Shown here in pieces: positions 1 through 13,035 of a stretch of DNA of 64,000 nt (the first letter of the stretch is position 1; each line of letters starts with the position of its first letter). The notes under the pieces are model-generated. The model ran no database searches and was not told the origin of the DNA. It was given only the letters and a program-made list of their open reading frames with translations. Location: NCBI RefSeq assembly GCF_963921235.1, contig NC_086110.1, positions 9,486,001-9,550,000 on the forward strand, in the 5' to 3' direction. The position numbers and the translations under genes are program-made. Origin of the DNA: Mobula hypostoma (taxonomy: Eukaryota).

Positions 1-612
1 CTGAAAGTTGCCTCACAGGTGGATAGGGTAGTTAAGAAAGCTTATGGGGTGTTAGCTTTTATAAGTCGAGGGATAGAGTTTAAGAGTTGCGATGTAATGA
101 TGCAGCTCTATAAAACTCTGGTTAGACCACACTTGGATTACCGTGTCCAGTTCTGGTAGCCTCACTATAGGAAGGATGTTGAAGCATTGGAAAGGGGTCA
201 GAGGAGATTTACCAGGATGCTACCAGGTTTAGAGTGTATGCATTATGATCAAAGATTAAGGGAGTTAGGGCTTTACTCTTTGGAGAGAAGGAGGATGAGA
301 GGAGACATGATAGAGGTGTACAAGATAATAAGAGGAATAGATAGAGTGGATAGCCAGCGCCTCTTCCCCAGGGGACCACTGCTCAATACAAGAAGACATG
401 GCTTTAAGGTAAGGGGTGGGAAGTTCAAGGGGATATTCGAGGAATATTTTTTACTCAGAGAGTGGTTGGTGCGTGGAATTCACTGCCTGAGTCAGTGGTG
501 GAGCCAGATACACTAGTGAAGTTTAAGAGACTACTAGAAAGGTATATGGAGGAAATTAAGATGGGGGCTTATATGGGAGGCAGGGTTTGAGGGTCGGCAC
601 AACATTGTGGTA
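1..612 (+). mobile_element. CR1-type LINE, 3' end of ORF2 plus tail
   Basis: ORF 187-516 (ERGQRRFTRMLPGL...LYSLERRRMRGDMIEVYKI) matches the CR1 ORF2 C-terminus; followed by the GGCACAACATTGTGG tail. Confidence 0.9.
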
Positions 613-614
613 GA

Positions 615-1375
615 CATAGGACCGATTGAAAATGATGCTGGAAAAATTATAATTTGGGCAACAAAGGGATGGCAGAGGAACTAAATGAGTGTTTTGCATC
701 AGTCTTCACAGTGGAAGACATTAGCAACATACCTGATAGCCAGAGGTCTCAGGGAATAGAATTAGGTACAGTCAAGATTACTAGAGAGAAAGTGCTTGGG
801 AAGCTAAATGGACTAAGAATAGGTAAGTCTCCCGGACCAGATGAGGTGCACCCACGGATTCTGAAGTAGGTGGCTTTGGAGATTGTGGACTCTGAATCTC
901 AGGAATCAGTAGACTCTGGCATGTTCCGGAGGACTGGAAGGTCGCAAATGTAGTTCTGTTGTTTAATAAAGGAGGGGGGCAGCAAAAAGAAAATTACAGA
1001 CCTATTAGTCTGACATCGGTGGTTGGAGTCAATCCTCAAGGACGAGGTTATGAAATACCTCGAGGTGCATGACAAGATAGGCCTAAGCCAGCGTGGTTCC
1101 ATGAAGGGAAGATCCTGCCTCACCAACCTATTGGAAATTTTTGAGGTAATCTCAAATAAGATTGATAAGGGAGAGGCTGTTGATGTTGTGTGTTTGGATT
1201 TTCAAAAGGTCTTCGATAAGGTGCTGCATAAGAGGCTGCTTAATAAGATGAAATCCCATGGAGTTACAGGAAAGATATTGGAATGGGTGGAACATTGGCT
1301 GATAGGCAGAAAGCAAAGGGTGGGAATAAAAGGATTGGTTGCTGGTTACTAGTGCTGTTCCGCAGGGATCGGTCC
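615..1375 (+). mobile_element. CR1 LINE internal fragment (RT N-terminal part), degraded
   Basis: KSPGPD and GRSCLTNLLE..DFQKVFDKV motifs in ORFs 654-869 and 1023-1352. Confidence 0.85.
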
Positions 1376-1529
1376 GCAGAAGGCGCGATTGATAGGTTTG
1401 TGGCCTAAGGTAGAAGGGGATGAGTTATTAACTTCAAACTTTCTGCATTATCACTCAAAGAGTTGAACTGCACGTGCCTTTAACGAGAGTGTCTTAGACA
1501 TTCAGGTGGTCCACAGCAAGGGTGATTGA

Positions 1530-4050
1530 TAAGTTCGTGGCCTTATGCAGGCGGAGGAAGTTTGTAGGGAGACAGCAGATATTTATAGTAAGCACAGGGT
1601 TGTGATTGTGGAGGATTTTAATTTTCCACACATAGACTAGGATGCCCATTCTGTAAAAGGCATGGATCGTTTGGAGTTTCTCAAATGTGTGTAAGATAGT
1701 TTTTTGCAGCAATACATAGAGGTACCAACTAGAGAAGGGGCAGTGTTGGATCTCCTGTTAGGGAAGGAGACAGGGCAGGTGACGGAGGTAATTGTTGGGG
1801 AGCACTTTGGCTCCGGTGATCACAATATTATTAGTTCTAATATAATTATGGAGAAGGATAGGACCGGACCTAGGACTGAGATTTTTGATTGGAGAAAGGC
1901 TAACTTTAATGAGATGTGAAAGGATTTAGAAGGAGTGGATTGGGACAATTTGTTGCATGGAAAGGATGTAATAGAAAAATGGAGGTCATTTAAAGATGAA
2001 ATTTTAAGGGTACAGGATCTTTATGTTCCTGTTAGATTGAAAGGAAAGGTTAAAAGTTTGAGAGAGCCATGGTTTTCAAGGGATATTGGAAAATTGGTTT
2101 GGAAAAAGAGAGGGATCTTCAATAAATATAGGCAGCTTGGAGTTAATGAGGTGCTCGAGGAATATAGAGAATGTAAAAAAAATCTTAAGAAAGAAATTAG
2201 AAAAGCTAAAAGAAGATATGAGGCTGCTTTGGCAAGTAAGATGAAAACAAATCTAAAGGGTTTCTACAGTTATGTTAATAGCAAAAGGATAGTGAGGGAT
2301 AAAATTGGTCCCTTAGAGAATCAGAGTGGATGGCTATGTGTGGAACCAAAAGATATGGGGGAGATTTTGAACAATTTCTTTTCTTCGGTATTCACTAAGG
2401 AGAAGGATATTGAATTGTGTAAGGTAAAGGAAACAAGGAAGGTAGTTATGGAAAGTATGACAATTAAAGAAGAGGAAGTACTGGCGCTTTTAAGGAAAAT
2501 AAAAGTGGATAAGTCTCCGGGTCCGGACAAGATATTCCCTAGGACCTTGAGGGAAGTTAGTGTGGAAATAGCACGGGCTCTGACAGAAATATTTTAAATG
2601 GCATTAGAAATGGGAATGGTGCCGGAGGACTGGCATATTGCTCATGTGGTTCCATTGTTTAAAAAGGGTTCTAAGAGTAAACCTTGCAATTATCAGCCTG
2701 TAAATTGATGGAAAGTATCCTTAGAGATGGTATATATAATTATCTGGATAGACAGGGTCTGATTAGGAACAGTCAACATGGATTTGTGAATGGAAGGTCA
2801 TGTTTGACAAATCTTATTGAATTTTTTGATGAGGTTACTAAGAAAGTTGACGAGGGTAAAGCAGCGGATATTGTCTATATGGACTTCAGTAAGGCCTTTG
2901 ACAAGGTTCCACACGGAAGGTTAGTTAGGAAGGTTCAATCGTTAGGCATTAATATCGAAGTAGTAAAATGGATTCAGCAGTGGCTAGATGGGAGACGCCA
3001 GAGAGTAGTGGTAGATAGCTGCATGTCAGATTGGAGGACGGTGTGTAGCGGTGTGCCTCAGGAATCTGTATTGGGTCCAATGCTGTTTGTCATATATATT
3101 AATGATCTGGATGATGGGGTGGTAAATTGGATTAGTAAGTATGCAGATGATACTAACATAGGTGGCATTGTGGATAATGAAGTAGGTTTTCAAAGCTTGT
3201 AGAGAGATTTAGGCCAGTTAGAAGAGTGTGCTGAAAGATGGCAGGTGGAGTTTAATGCTGAAAAATGTGAGGTGCTACATTTTAGTCGGACTAATCAAAA
3301 TAGGACATGTATGGTAAATGGTACGGCATTGAAGAATGTTGTAGAACAGGGGGATCTAGGAATAATGGTGCATAGTTCCCTGAAGGTGGAATCTCATGTG
3401 GATAGCGTGGTGAAGAAAGTATGCTGGCCTTTATTAATCAGAGCATTGAGTATAGGAGTTGGGATGTAATGTTAAAATTTTATAATGCATTGGTAAGACC
3501 AAATTTGGAGTATTGTGTGCAGTTCTGGTCACCGAATTATAAGAAAGATGTCAATAAATTTGAAAGAGTACAGAGGAGGTTTACTAAAACGTTGCCTGGG
3601 TTTCATCTCCTAAGTTACAGAGAAAGGTTGAACAAGTTAGGTCTTTATTCATTGGAGCGTAGAAGGTTGAGGGGGGACTTGATAGAGGTGTTTAAAATTA
3701 TGAGGGGGATTAATAGAGTTGACGTAGATAGGCTTTTTCCATTGAGAATGGGGGAGATTCAAACAAGAGAACATGAGTTGAGAGTTAAAGGGCAAAAGTT
3801 TAGGGTTAACATGAGGGAGAACTTCTTTACTCAGAGAGTGGTACCTGTGTGGAACGAGCTTCCAGCAGAAGTGGATGTGGCAGGTTCGATGTTGTTGTTT
3901 AAAGATAAATTGGATAGATATATGGACAGGAAAGGAATGGAGGGTTATGGGCTGAGTGCAGGTCGGTGGGACTAGGTGAAAGTAAGAGTTCGGCACGGAC
4001 TAGAAGGGCCGAGATGGCCTGTTTCTGTGCTGTAATTGTTATATGGTTGT
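1530..4050 (+). mobile_element. CR1 LINE, endonuclease C-terminal part + RT + 3' tail, frameshifted
   Basis: SDHN-like EN motif, KSPGPD, QHGF..GRSCLTNLIEFF, GVPQESVLGP, KYADD, and a 3' tail ending CTGTAATTGTTATATGGTT. Confidence 0.93.
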
Positions 4051-4054
4051 ATGT

Positions 4055-4295
4055 AGAAGTAGATGAGTTATAAAGCTCTTGTTACATGCCCGTGCAGTTC
4101 AACTCTTTGAGTGAAAAAATAGAAAGTTTGAAGTTTCTCCTCATCTCCGTCTACTGCAGGCCACGAACTTATCAATCACCCCTGCTGTGGACCACTTTCT
4201 GGAGGTCCAAGACGCCGACTTCTACAAAGAAAGGATCCGTATGCTCCACGACCGCTGGACTAGGTGTGGAAATATAGGAAAAATAAATGTGCTCA
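4055..4295 (+). mobile_element. mariner-family transposon remnant (internally deleted)
   Basis: DHFLEVQDADFYKERIRMLHDRWTRCGN resembles the C-terminus of mariner transposases. Confidence 0.65.
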
Positions 4296-4309
4296 CACAC
4301 TCACACATA

Positions 4310-5889
4310 CAGTGGCATGAAAAAGTTTGGGCATCCCTGGTCAAAATTTCTCTTACTGTGAATAGCTAAGCGAGTAAAAGATGACCTGATTTCCAAAAGG
4401 CTTAAAGTTAAGTATGACACATTTCTTTAATAGCTTAAGAAAGGTTACATTTTTTTATTTCCATTTTTTACAGTTTCAAAATAACAAAAAAGGAAAAGGG
4501 CCCGAAGCAAAAGTTTGGGCACCCTGCATGGTCAGTACTTAGTAACACCCCCTTTGTCAAGTATCACAGCTTGTAAATGTATTCTGTAGCCAGCTGAGTC
4601 TTTTAATTCGTGTTTAGGGGATTCTAGTTCTGTGAAATTCTGGAAGCAAACGTCACACCGCCTGGCATGCACTGCTCTTTTGAGGTCTATCCACAGATTT
4701 TTGATGCTGATTCAGTCGGGAGACTGTGAGGGTCAGGGTAAAACCTTCAGTGTGCACCTCCTGAGGTAGTCCATTGTGGATTTTGAGGTCTGTTTAGGAT
4801 CATTATCCTGTTGTAGAAACAATCCTCATTTCATTTTCAGCTTTTTTCCAGACGGTGTGGTGTTTGCTTCCAGAATTCTTCCATCTGCCAGTGAAATGTT
4901 CCCCGTGCCACTGCCTACAACACAAGCCCAAAGCATGATCGATCCACCCAGGTACTTAACAGTTGGAGAGGTGTTATTTTCATGAAATTCTGCACCCTTT
5001 TTTCTCCAAACATACCTTTGCTCATTACAATCAAAAAGTTCTAGTTTAACTTCATCAGTCCACAGGACTTTTTTCCTAAATGCATTAGGCTTGTTTACAT
5101 GTTCCTTTGTAAACCTCTGACGCTGAATTTTGTGGTAAGAACGCAGCAAAGATTTTCTTCTGATGAATCTTCCATGAAGGTCATATTTGTGCAGGTGTTG
5201 CTGCACAGCAGAACCGTGCACCACCACTCCAGAGTCTGCTAAATCTTTCTGAAGGTCTTTTGCAATCAAACGGGGGTTTTGATTTACCTTTCTAGGAATC
5301 ATACGAACAGTTCTCTCGGAAAGTTTTCTTGGTCTTCCAGACCTCAACTTGACCTACACCGTTCCTGTTAACTACCATTTCTTAATTACGTTACGAACTG
5401 AGGAAACGGCTACCTGAAAATGCTTTGCTATCTTCTCATAGCCTTCTCCTGTTTTGTCGGCATAAATTATTTTAAATTTCAGAGTGCTAGGCAGCTGCTT
5501 AGAGGAGCCCATGGCCACTGATTGTTCGGACAAGGTTTGAGGAGTCAGGGTATTTATAAAGCTTTGAAATTTGCATCACCTGGCCTTTCCTAACGATGAC
5601 TGTGAACAAGCCATAGCCCTAACATGCTAATTAAGGTCTGAGACCTTGGTAAACGTTATCTGAGAGCTCAAATCTCTTGGAGTGCCCAAACTTTTCTTTT
5701 TTTCTTCTTTCCTTTTTCACTCTAAAATTGTACAAAACAAAAATAATACATTAATCTTGCTTAGAATGTTGAAAAGAATGTTTCATCTTTAAGTTTATGA
5801 CTTTTGGAGATCAGTTCATCTTCTACTCGCTTAACTATTCACAGTAAAAGAAATTTTGACCAGGATGCCCAAACGTTTTCATGCCACTG
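4310..5889 (-). mobile_element. Tc1 DNA transposon with IR/DR-type TIRs and a disrupted transposase
   Basis: TA|CAGTGGCATGAAAAAGTTTGGGCA ... TGCCCAAACGTTTTCATGCCACTG|TA; long TIRs with inner repeats near 4510 and 5685; minus-strand GRPRKLS, WTDE, QDNDPK and SQSPD motifs (ORF 4826-5347, then a frameshift). Confidence 0.95.
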
Positions 5890-8800
5890 TATATATAAAC
5901 ATAAATTTAAAGATTTTAAATCTTCAGGTCAAGGACCTGTCTCAGAGTTTTCAAAAGGGAGGCTACCACGTCAGATTACAAGGAGATGGAGAATTAAATA
6001 AATGGAATATTTTTAAAACAGTGATTCCAATGTCAGTTCGGGGATAAATCCGGTAAGATGGCGGCGCACGAGGATACAGACACGTCTATGGGTTCAACCA
6101 AAGGTGTTAGTGACTTTTTGAAACGTATTTTGTACGACCACAGACACAGATAGACATTAAGTGCTTAAGGTACTACATGTCTATCCCATTAGTGTGTTGC
6201 ACATTCGGGGCGAAACTGAACTTAGTGCAGACTGTGTGCAGTTTAACAGCGGATGATTATCTTAACCTCCTTTCATGGAATCTCATGACCAATTCATTGT
6301 ACGTTACCTCCAGTTGATTGTTTTATTGTCGAACAGTGTGGGCGGATTGCAAAGGAACTGAATGACTTTGGATGTAGCAAAGAGTAGGGCTCAAGCCGTG
6401 TTGTCGCGTATTTACAGCCACCCAGGGAAAGGCGTCGGAATCAGGCGTTCCACCGGGCTGCCAAGGGCAGTCTATCGTGGCGTCATTGCTGGAATCGGTT
6501 CTACTTCCTCCACCAGGGTTCGCTCGGCAGAAGTTAAGTTGTATCGTATTGGACTGCAGACTGCTGCAACATTCGTGGACAGAAGGACTTGGGCTATATA
6601 TTGCTGTATGACTGTATTTTACTGCTACCAAATATATGCTTACTACCTTATATGTGCTTGATATCTTATATGTGCATATGTGCCTTGTGCTGTGTTTGAG
6701 TGTTGGTACTGTGTTTTGCATCTTAGTCCTGGAGTTTGGCTGTGTTCATGGGTATTCATGGAGGATTGAATGACAATTAAACATGAAGTGGAACTTGAAG
6801 TCACAGACGTCAATTGGTTGACGATTGCAGGCCGTTGAAGAAACAGGGAAAGTGAACAGAACTTAAAAACAAGGACAAATCGAACGTGATTAGTACAGGG
6901 AAAGAAATCAAATTTGCGAAATGCCCAGATGTTGGATTGTGATAATTGGCAAGATAAAGCTGGGCTAATGTCACAGGTGGGTTTGTTACAAAGGAATGCT
7001 CAGTTCTAATACAAATTCAGACTGCTCTGTTCTGCATAGTCTTTGCCTACAACATGGGAACATTGGGCTCCATATAGCAGAGATGTTCAATTTGCCCTGA
7101 GCAACCTCCCCCACCTTCCTTCCTCTGTAACATAAAATATAGTTCCAAGCTTTCCCAGTTCTAGCGAGTTATGTAACAGATCTTCAGTTACTCTCCGACA
7201 GCTTGAGTGTTTCCATCATGCTGTCACTTTGCTTCAAATTGCCAGCAGCTGCTTCATTATAATTATTCCATTTAATTAATTTCTTTGTTCCAGTGCAGCT
7301 GTACAGCAGCCGATGGCTTGTATTCAGTGACTCTAGTTCAGGTTGGTTTGTCAAACGTGCATTCACCTTTGCCTTTGAACAGCCAGTTTGAAGTATCTCA
7401 CTAATTTTCCAGACAGAGAATTCATCCATAGTTTGAACAATGCCAAAGTTTCAAGGACGGAGGCAAAACAGGATTTCAAGTTTACGCTTTCAAGTTTAAA
7501 ATTCCAAGTTTAATTATTATTCAGCTTGCATGAATAAAGCCAAACGAAACAGCATACCCCCGGGGATAAGGTGCAAAATATTACCAACAGCACACATTAC
7601 ACCGCACATAGCAATTTGCTCACAGCTCAAATAGCACATGCGGGTACGATTTCGGAAAATAAAAGTCAGTCACAAAGAGAGAAAATGTATATAGCTCGGT
7701 CCTCAGTTGTCCTGGTCCAGCTTGTTCTTCCACCTAGCCAACGCTAGACGGCAGCACCGAGCGAGCGCTAAAGGAAGCAGCAAACCCCCAACCAGGTATG
7801 AAATCCAGCGGTGCACGACCAGCTGCTACGACTCCTTCGCTGGCGACCGCAACAGGTGACTCGGAGGGACGAAGGCCTTCTCTGCGCAACAACTGAAGCA
7901 ACACAGCTCCATTGCCCTGGGTCCCACTAATGATTCAGTGAATCGGACCTGCAATATTCTTTGTTACCGATGTCCACCAGTGTCATGCACTGACAATCAG
8001 ATGTCGAAGACAATTACTCCCACCTTTGTTTGTACCGCACACCGTCTCAGCACAACGGTAAGCAGTAAATCCAGACAATAGCACGACGAGGTTATGCAAT
8101 AACTCCAGCTACACTGCAGTCGCGCAAATCGCTGATGAGATAATTCTGCAGTACGTGACGCTCTTCGTATCCAGCAGAGACTTGCGATTGTAAAATATGA
8201 AGAAATACACCTTTGATTGATCCCAGAGTGGCTGCGCAGCCTGATTGTGTCGTCATGCTACCGAATGTATTCATAGCATTAGAATTAACTGTGTCTAAAA
8301 TCCGATTGTTATTAGGCGGCACTCACGTCCCAGTTTTGTAAAGTCTGATAGGAATTTCTGCATTTTGATGTTGAAATCATAAATATTGACCTAAATATGT
8401 TCCCAGAACCAAAAGTGAAATTCCGGGTTGATGGGCTGTCCAGATAATTGGTGTACATGGGCATCATTGTGAACAGTGTAAACAGCCAGACTCGTCAATT
8501 ATTTTCCTAAAATTTAGCAATAGCAGCGGTGCTCATTATTTGAAATTATCTCAACTCCATATCTCAACTTGTTTCTCTCTCCAGCCCATTAGCAGATATG
8601 TAGTTTGCATGATCACTGCGTCTGATCATCTCTGTCACCAAACATCAAACTGGCATTGGGCAAATGACACAAAACATAGAGGCGGAAAAGCTGGAATAAA
8701 TTAGCGGAAGTAAATTTTCACAAAAATCGGAAGTAACACTTCATGTTTCCACTGTTTTTGTTTTATTGACCATCTCAAGCAATTTGCATTGACTAGTTGA

Positions 8801-9022
8801 GAGCCTCATGCTTTTTTTTCCCGAAATGAGAAATCTGCTCCAATACTGGATGCTATCGCTTAGATGATGGTGAAGTTTCACTCAATAAAATAATATAAAA
8901 CACAGGGAGTGGGGTTGATTCAGTTAATAATTGAGTTACCAGATAGTTGGGAAAAAGGGAAATCCGATCATTACATAAAGAAAAGTTTGACGTGTGTAGA
9001 CTAGTGAACATTCTGCAGAACC

Positions 9023-9025
<3 letters not shown>

Positions 9026-9071
<46 letters not shown>

Positions 9072-9082
9072 ACACACACACA
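9026..9082. repeat. (CA)n microsatellite
   Basis: About 28 CA units with one interruption. Confidence 0.98.
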
Positions 9083-9354
9083 TACGTGTATATCAAATGA
9101 TCACCGTTCTTACACAACCTAATACGGGAAAGGGAAAGTATAGAAAGTATTCATCCTTTTTAAAGTATGATCATTCATAGAGCCGGAAACTGCAATGGAA
9201 AAAATACGGATTAGAATCTACCTTTCAGGCGATGGTTAGGTTTTGCTATGTAAGCTCGATGAACTTCTGCTTTGCATCGCACGACACATTTTTCTATTGG
9301 TTGACATTTCAGTTGTAGCCGACGAATATGTAAGCACTGAGCTTTCATATTTGA

Positions 9355-10290
9355 AAGGCATTTGATAAAGTACACCATGCAAGGCTTATTGAGAAACTAA
9401 GGAGGCATGGGATCCAAGGAGACATTGCTTTGTGAATCCAGAACTGGCTTGCCCACAGAAGGCAAAGAGTGGTTGTAGAAGGGTCATATTCTGCATGGAG
9501 GTCGGTGACCGGTGCTATGCCTCAGGGATCTGTTCTGGGACCCTTACTGTTCATGATTTTTATAAATGACCTGGATGATGAAGAGGAGGGATGGGTTAGT
9601 AAGTTTGCTGATGACACAAAGGTTGGAGGTGTTGTGGATAGTGTAGAGGGCTGTCAGAGGTTACACCGGGACATTGATAGGATGCAAAACTGTGCTGAGA
9701 AGTGGCAGATGGTGGTCAACCTAGATAAGTGTGAGATGGTTCATTTTGGTAGGTCAAATATGATGGCAGAATATAGTATTAATGGTAAGACTCTTGGCAG
9801 TGTGGAGGATTAGAGGGATCTTGGGGTCCGAGTCCATTGGACACTCAAAGATGCTACGCAGGTTGACTCTGTGGTTAAGAAGGCATACGCTGCATTGGCC
9901 TTCATCAGCCGTGGGATTGTGTTTAAGAGACGAGAGGTAATATTGCAGCTATATAGGACACTGGTCAGACCCCACTTGGAGTACTGTGATCAGTTCTGGT
10001 CGCCTCACTATAGGAAGGAAGTGGAAACCATAGAAAGAGTGCAGAGGAGATTTACAAGGATGTTGCCTGGACTGGGGAGCATGCCTTATGAGAATAGGGT
10101 GAGTGAACTTGGCCATTTCTCCTTGGAGCGACCGATGATGAGAGGTGACTTGATAGAGATGTACAAGATAATGAGAGGCAATGATCGTGTGGATGGTCAG
10201 AAGCTTTTCCCCAGGGCTAAAATGGCTAGCACTAGAGGGCATAGTTTTAAGATGCTTGGAAGTAGGTACAAAGGAAATGTCAGGGGTAAC
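9355..10290 (+). mobile_element. CR1 LINE RT/3' fragment
   Basis: PQGSVLGPLLF, FADD and LVRPHLEYC motifs (ORFs 9469-9813 and 9871-10308). Confidence 0.92.
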
Positions 10291-10705
10291 TTCTCTAACT
10301 TCTGCTAATGCCCCACCTCCCCCTCGTATCCCATCCGTCATTTATATACACACATTCTTTCTCTCACTCTCCTTTTTCTCCCTCTGTCCCTCTGACTATA
10401 CCTCTTGCCCATCCTCTGGGGTTTTCCCCCCTTCCCCCTTTTCCTTCTCCCTGGGCCTCCTGTCCCATGATCTCCTCATATCCCTTTTGCCAATCACGTG
10501 TCCAGCTCTTGGCTCCATCCCTCCCCCTCCTGTCTTCTCCTATCATTTTGGATCTCCCCCTCCCCCTCCCACTTTTAAATCTCTTACTAGGTCTTTCTTC
10601 AGTTAGTCCTGACGAAGGGTCTCGGCCTGAAACGTCGACTGTACCTCTTCCTAGAGATGCGGCCTGGCCTGCTGCATTCACCAGCAACTTTGGTGTGTGT
10701 TACTG
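10290..10705 (+). mobile_element. Penelope-like element, 3' terminal fragment
   Basis: Starts at FSNFC* and continues with the pyrimidine-rich tail also found after the GIY-YIG ORF at 55500-55930. Confidence 0.8.
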
Positions 10706-11785
10706 GACTTGGTGTTGGGTATTAAGCCTGGTCAGGCGACTAATATTTCAGTGGGTGAGCAGTTAGTGAATAGTGACACAACTCCTTAACTTTCAGGATA
10801 GCTGCAGATAAAGATAGATGTGGTTCTTGTGGAGATTCTTAAATTGGAGTAGGGCAAAATTGTGAGAGCATTAGGCAGGTACTAAGAAGAGTCAATTGGG
10901 AACACTTTTTTTCTAGTCTGCCCACATCAGACATGTGGAGGTGTTTAAAGATCAATTGCACAGAGTATCGAAAAGGTATGTTCGTGTTAGATGGAAAGAT
11001 AAGAGAAACTTGGACGTCCGGAGAGATGATGAGTTTAGTCTGGAAGAGAAAGGAAAAGTATGTACAGCTTCGAAATTTAGGATCAACTGGAGCGATTTAT
11101 TAGGAAAAAATGAGAAAGGAACTAAAGAAAGGAATTTGGAAAACAAGGCAGAGCCATGAAAAGTCCTTGGTAAGTAGGATTAAGGTTTATTCCAAGGCGT
11201 TCTATATATGCATCAGAAGCAAGATGATAACTAGGTACCGGGTAGGACAACTCAAGGATAAAGATGTAACATTTGCTTGGATGCGGAGAATGTGAGTGAA
11301 GTACTTAACGAGTGTCTTGCTTCAGTATTTATCAAGGACCAGGAAATCAGTGTTGGGTGTACAAATATGTTAGAACACTTAAAAGTCAAGGGTCTTTAAA
11401 TGTTGGGTCTCCTAATGAGTATTAAGGTGGATAGGTCCCTAGGGCCTGATGGGATTTACCCCACGTTATTAAGGGAGGCAAAAGACGAAATTGCTGGGGC
11501 TTGAACAGTATCTTCGTATCCCCTCTAGGCACAAGCGAGGTTCCGAAAGATTGATGACTGGCCGGTGAGTCTCACGTCAATTATTGGGAAATTGCTGGAG
11601 AAAATTCTTTGGTTAGTATATACGACCCATGGCCTAATTAGGGAGAAGATTTATGTGGGGCAAGCCGAAGCTTACCAACTTGATTGCGTTTTTAGACAAG
11701 GTGACGTGAGAGACTGATGAAGATAAAACAGTGGCTGTTGTCTACATGGATTTTAGTAAAGGAATTTGACTAAATTCCTCATGGG

Positions 11786-13035
11786 TGTCATAGGGGGGTG
11801 GCTGGGAACAGACCCAAGTGCAAGACACAGAAACTGAAGTACTAGGGACAGGACTAGGATACAGGGCGATGGCAAGGACATGGACAGGAAAACCAGGAAC
11901 CTGGAACAGGACTGGACAAGAGAGCTATGATCCCGGGCTTGGACTCCGAGCCAGAGACTGGACAAGGACCTGGGTCTTGCCTCTGGCTCGGACCCCAGAA
12001 CTAGGGAAGGAGGAGGCTTAGCAGGCAGGCAGGACGAGGCTGCAATCTTCAGGCTTGAGGCTAGAGTCTAGAGACTTGGCTTGGCTTGGAAAGAGGCTTG
12101 AGGCTAGAGGCTAGAGATTTGGCTTGGCGAGAGGCTCGAGGCTCGAGGCTAGAGGCTGGAGTCTTCAGGCTTGAGGCTTGGCAGGAGGCTGGAGGCTTGA
12201 GACTTGAGGCGAGGCGAGGCTGGAGGATGGAGGCAGGAGACTTGAGGCGAGGCGAGGCTGGAGGATGGAGGCAGGAGACGAGGCGAGGCGATGCTGGAGG
12301 ATGGAGGCAGGAGACTTGAGGCGAGTCGAGGCTGGAGGCAGGAGACTTGAGGCGAGGCGAGGCGAGGCTGGAGGCAGGAGACTTGAGGCGAGGCGAGGCG
12401 AGGCTGGAGGCAGGAGACTTGAGGCGAGGCGAGGCGAGGCTGGAGGCAGGAGACTTGAGGCGAGGCGAGGCTGGAGGCCGGAGGCAGGAGACTTGAGGCG
12501 AGGCTTGGCAGGCTCCTCCTGGGCAGAGCGCGGTTCACCTGGGCAGGGTGCGGATCACCTGGGCAGGGCGCGGATCACCACCCGACCTGGGACAGAACCA
12601 ACCCCAGGTAACGGCAAGACGGCCTGGTTTACCTGGGCGGAGGCAAGGGACAGGAAGGGAGCTAGGTACAGGGTGGCTCCAGGACAAGACTGCAGGCGAG
12701 ACGAGGCGAGAGTTACCGGCAAGACAAGGCAAGGCTTCTGGCAAAGCAAGGCGAGACGAGAACTTCAGACGAGGCGAGAGTTACCAGCAAGACAAGGCAG
12801 GGCTTCAGGCGAGGAAACAGAAGGCAGAGCAAGGGATACAAGGAGTAAGGACAAGAACAATCCAGCCGCTACACCCTGGTCTCCGAAGGTATTTATGCAG
12901 TTAGCCCCTACGAGCATCAGCTGTCTCAATTAGAGCTCAACAAGCCAGAAACAGGGTAGTCAGGAAAACCTGGAGCAAGGGTCGATGGACCGGACCGTGA
13001 ACCGGAATACGAACTTCACGGACCGGACCATGACA
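11786..13035 (-). mobile_element. Solo LTR (Gypsy-type) with an internal minisatellite
   Basis: TGTCAT...ATGACA termini; 5-bp TSD ATGGG at 11781-11785 and 13036-13040; reverse-complement similarity to 47213-48350. Confidence 0.88.
12040..12510. repeat. GA-rich minisatellite, unit about 26-31 bp (GAGGCGAGGCGAGGCTGGAGGCAGGAGACTT)
   Basis: Visible tandem units; these explain the repetitive ORFs 12149-12538 and 12265-12933. Confidence 0.95.

Noticed and set aside
7293-7341. Possible small plus-strand exon (ADGLYSVT resembles a C1 E-strand)
   Set aside because: Only about 48 nt, weak donor, no Cys/Trp framework and no partner exons.
12040-12510. CRISPR-like array
   Set aside because: Head-to-tail repeats without unique spacers, in a vertebrate genome.
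12149-12933. Long Arg/Glu/Ala-rich ORFs
   Set aside because: Translations of the LTR minisatellite.
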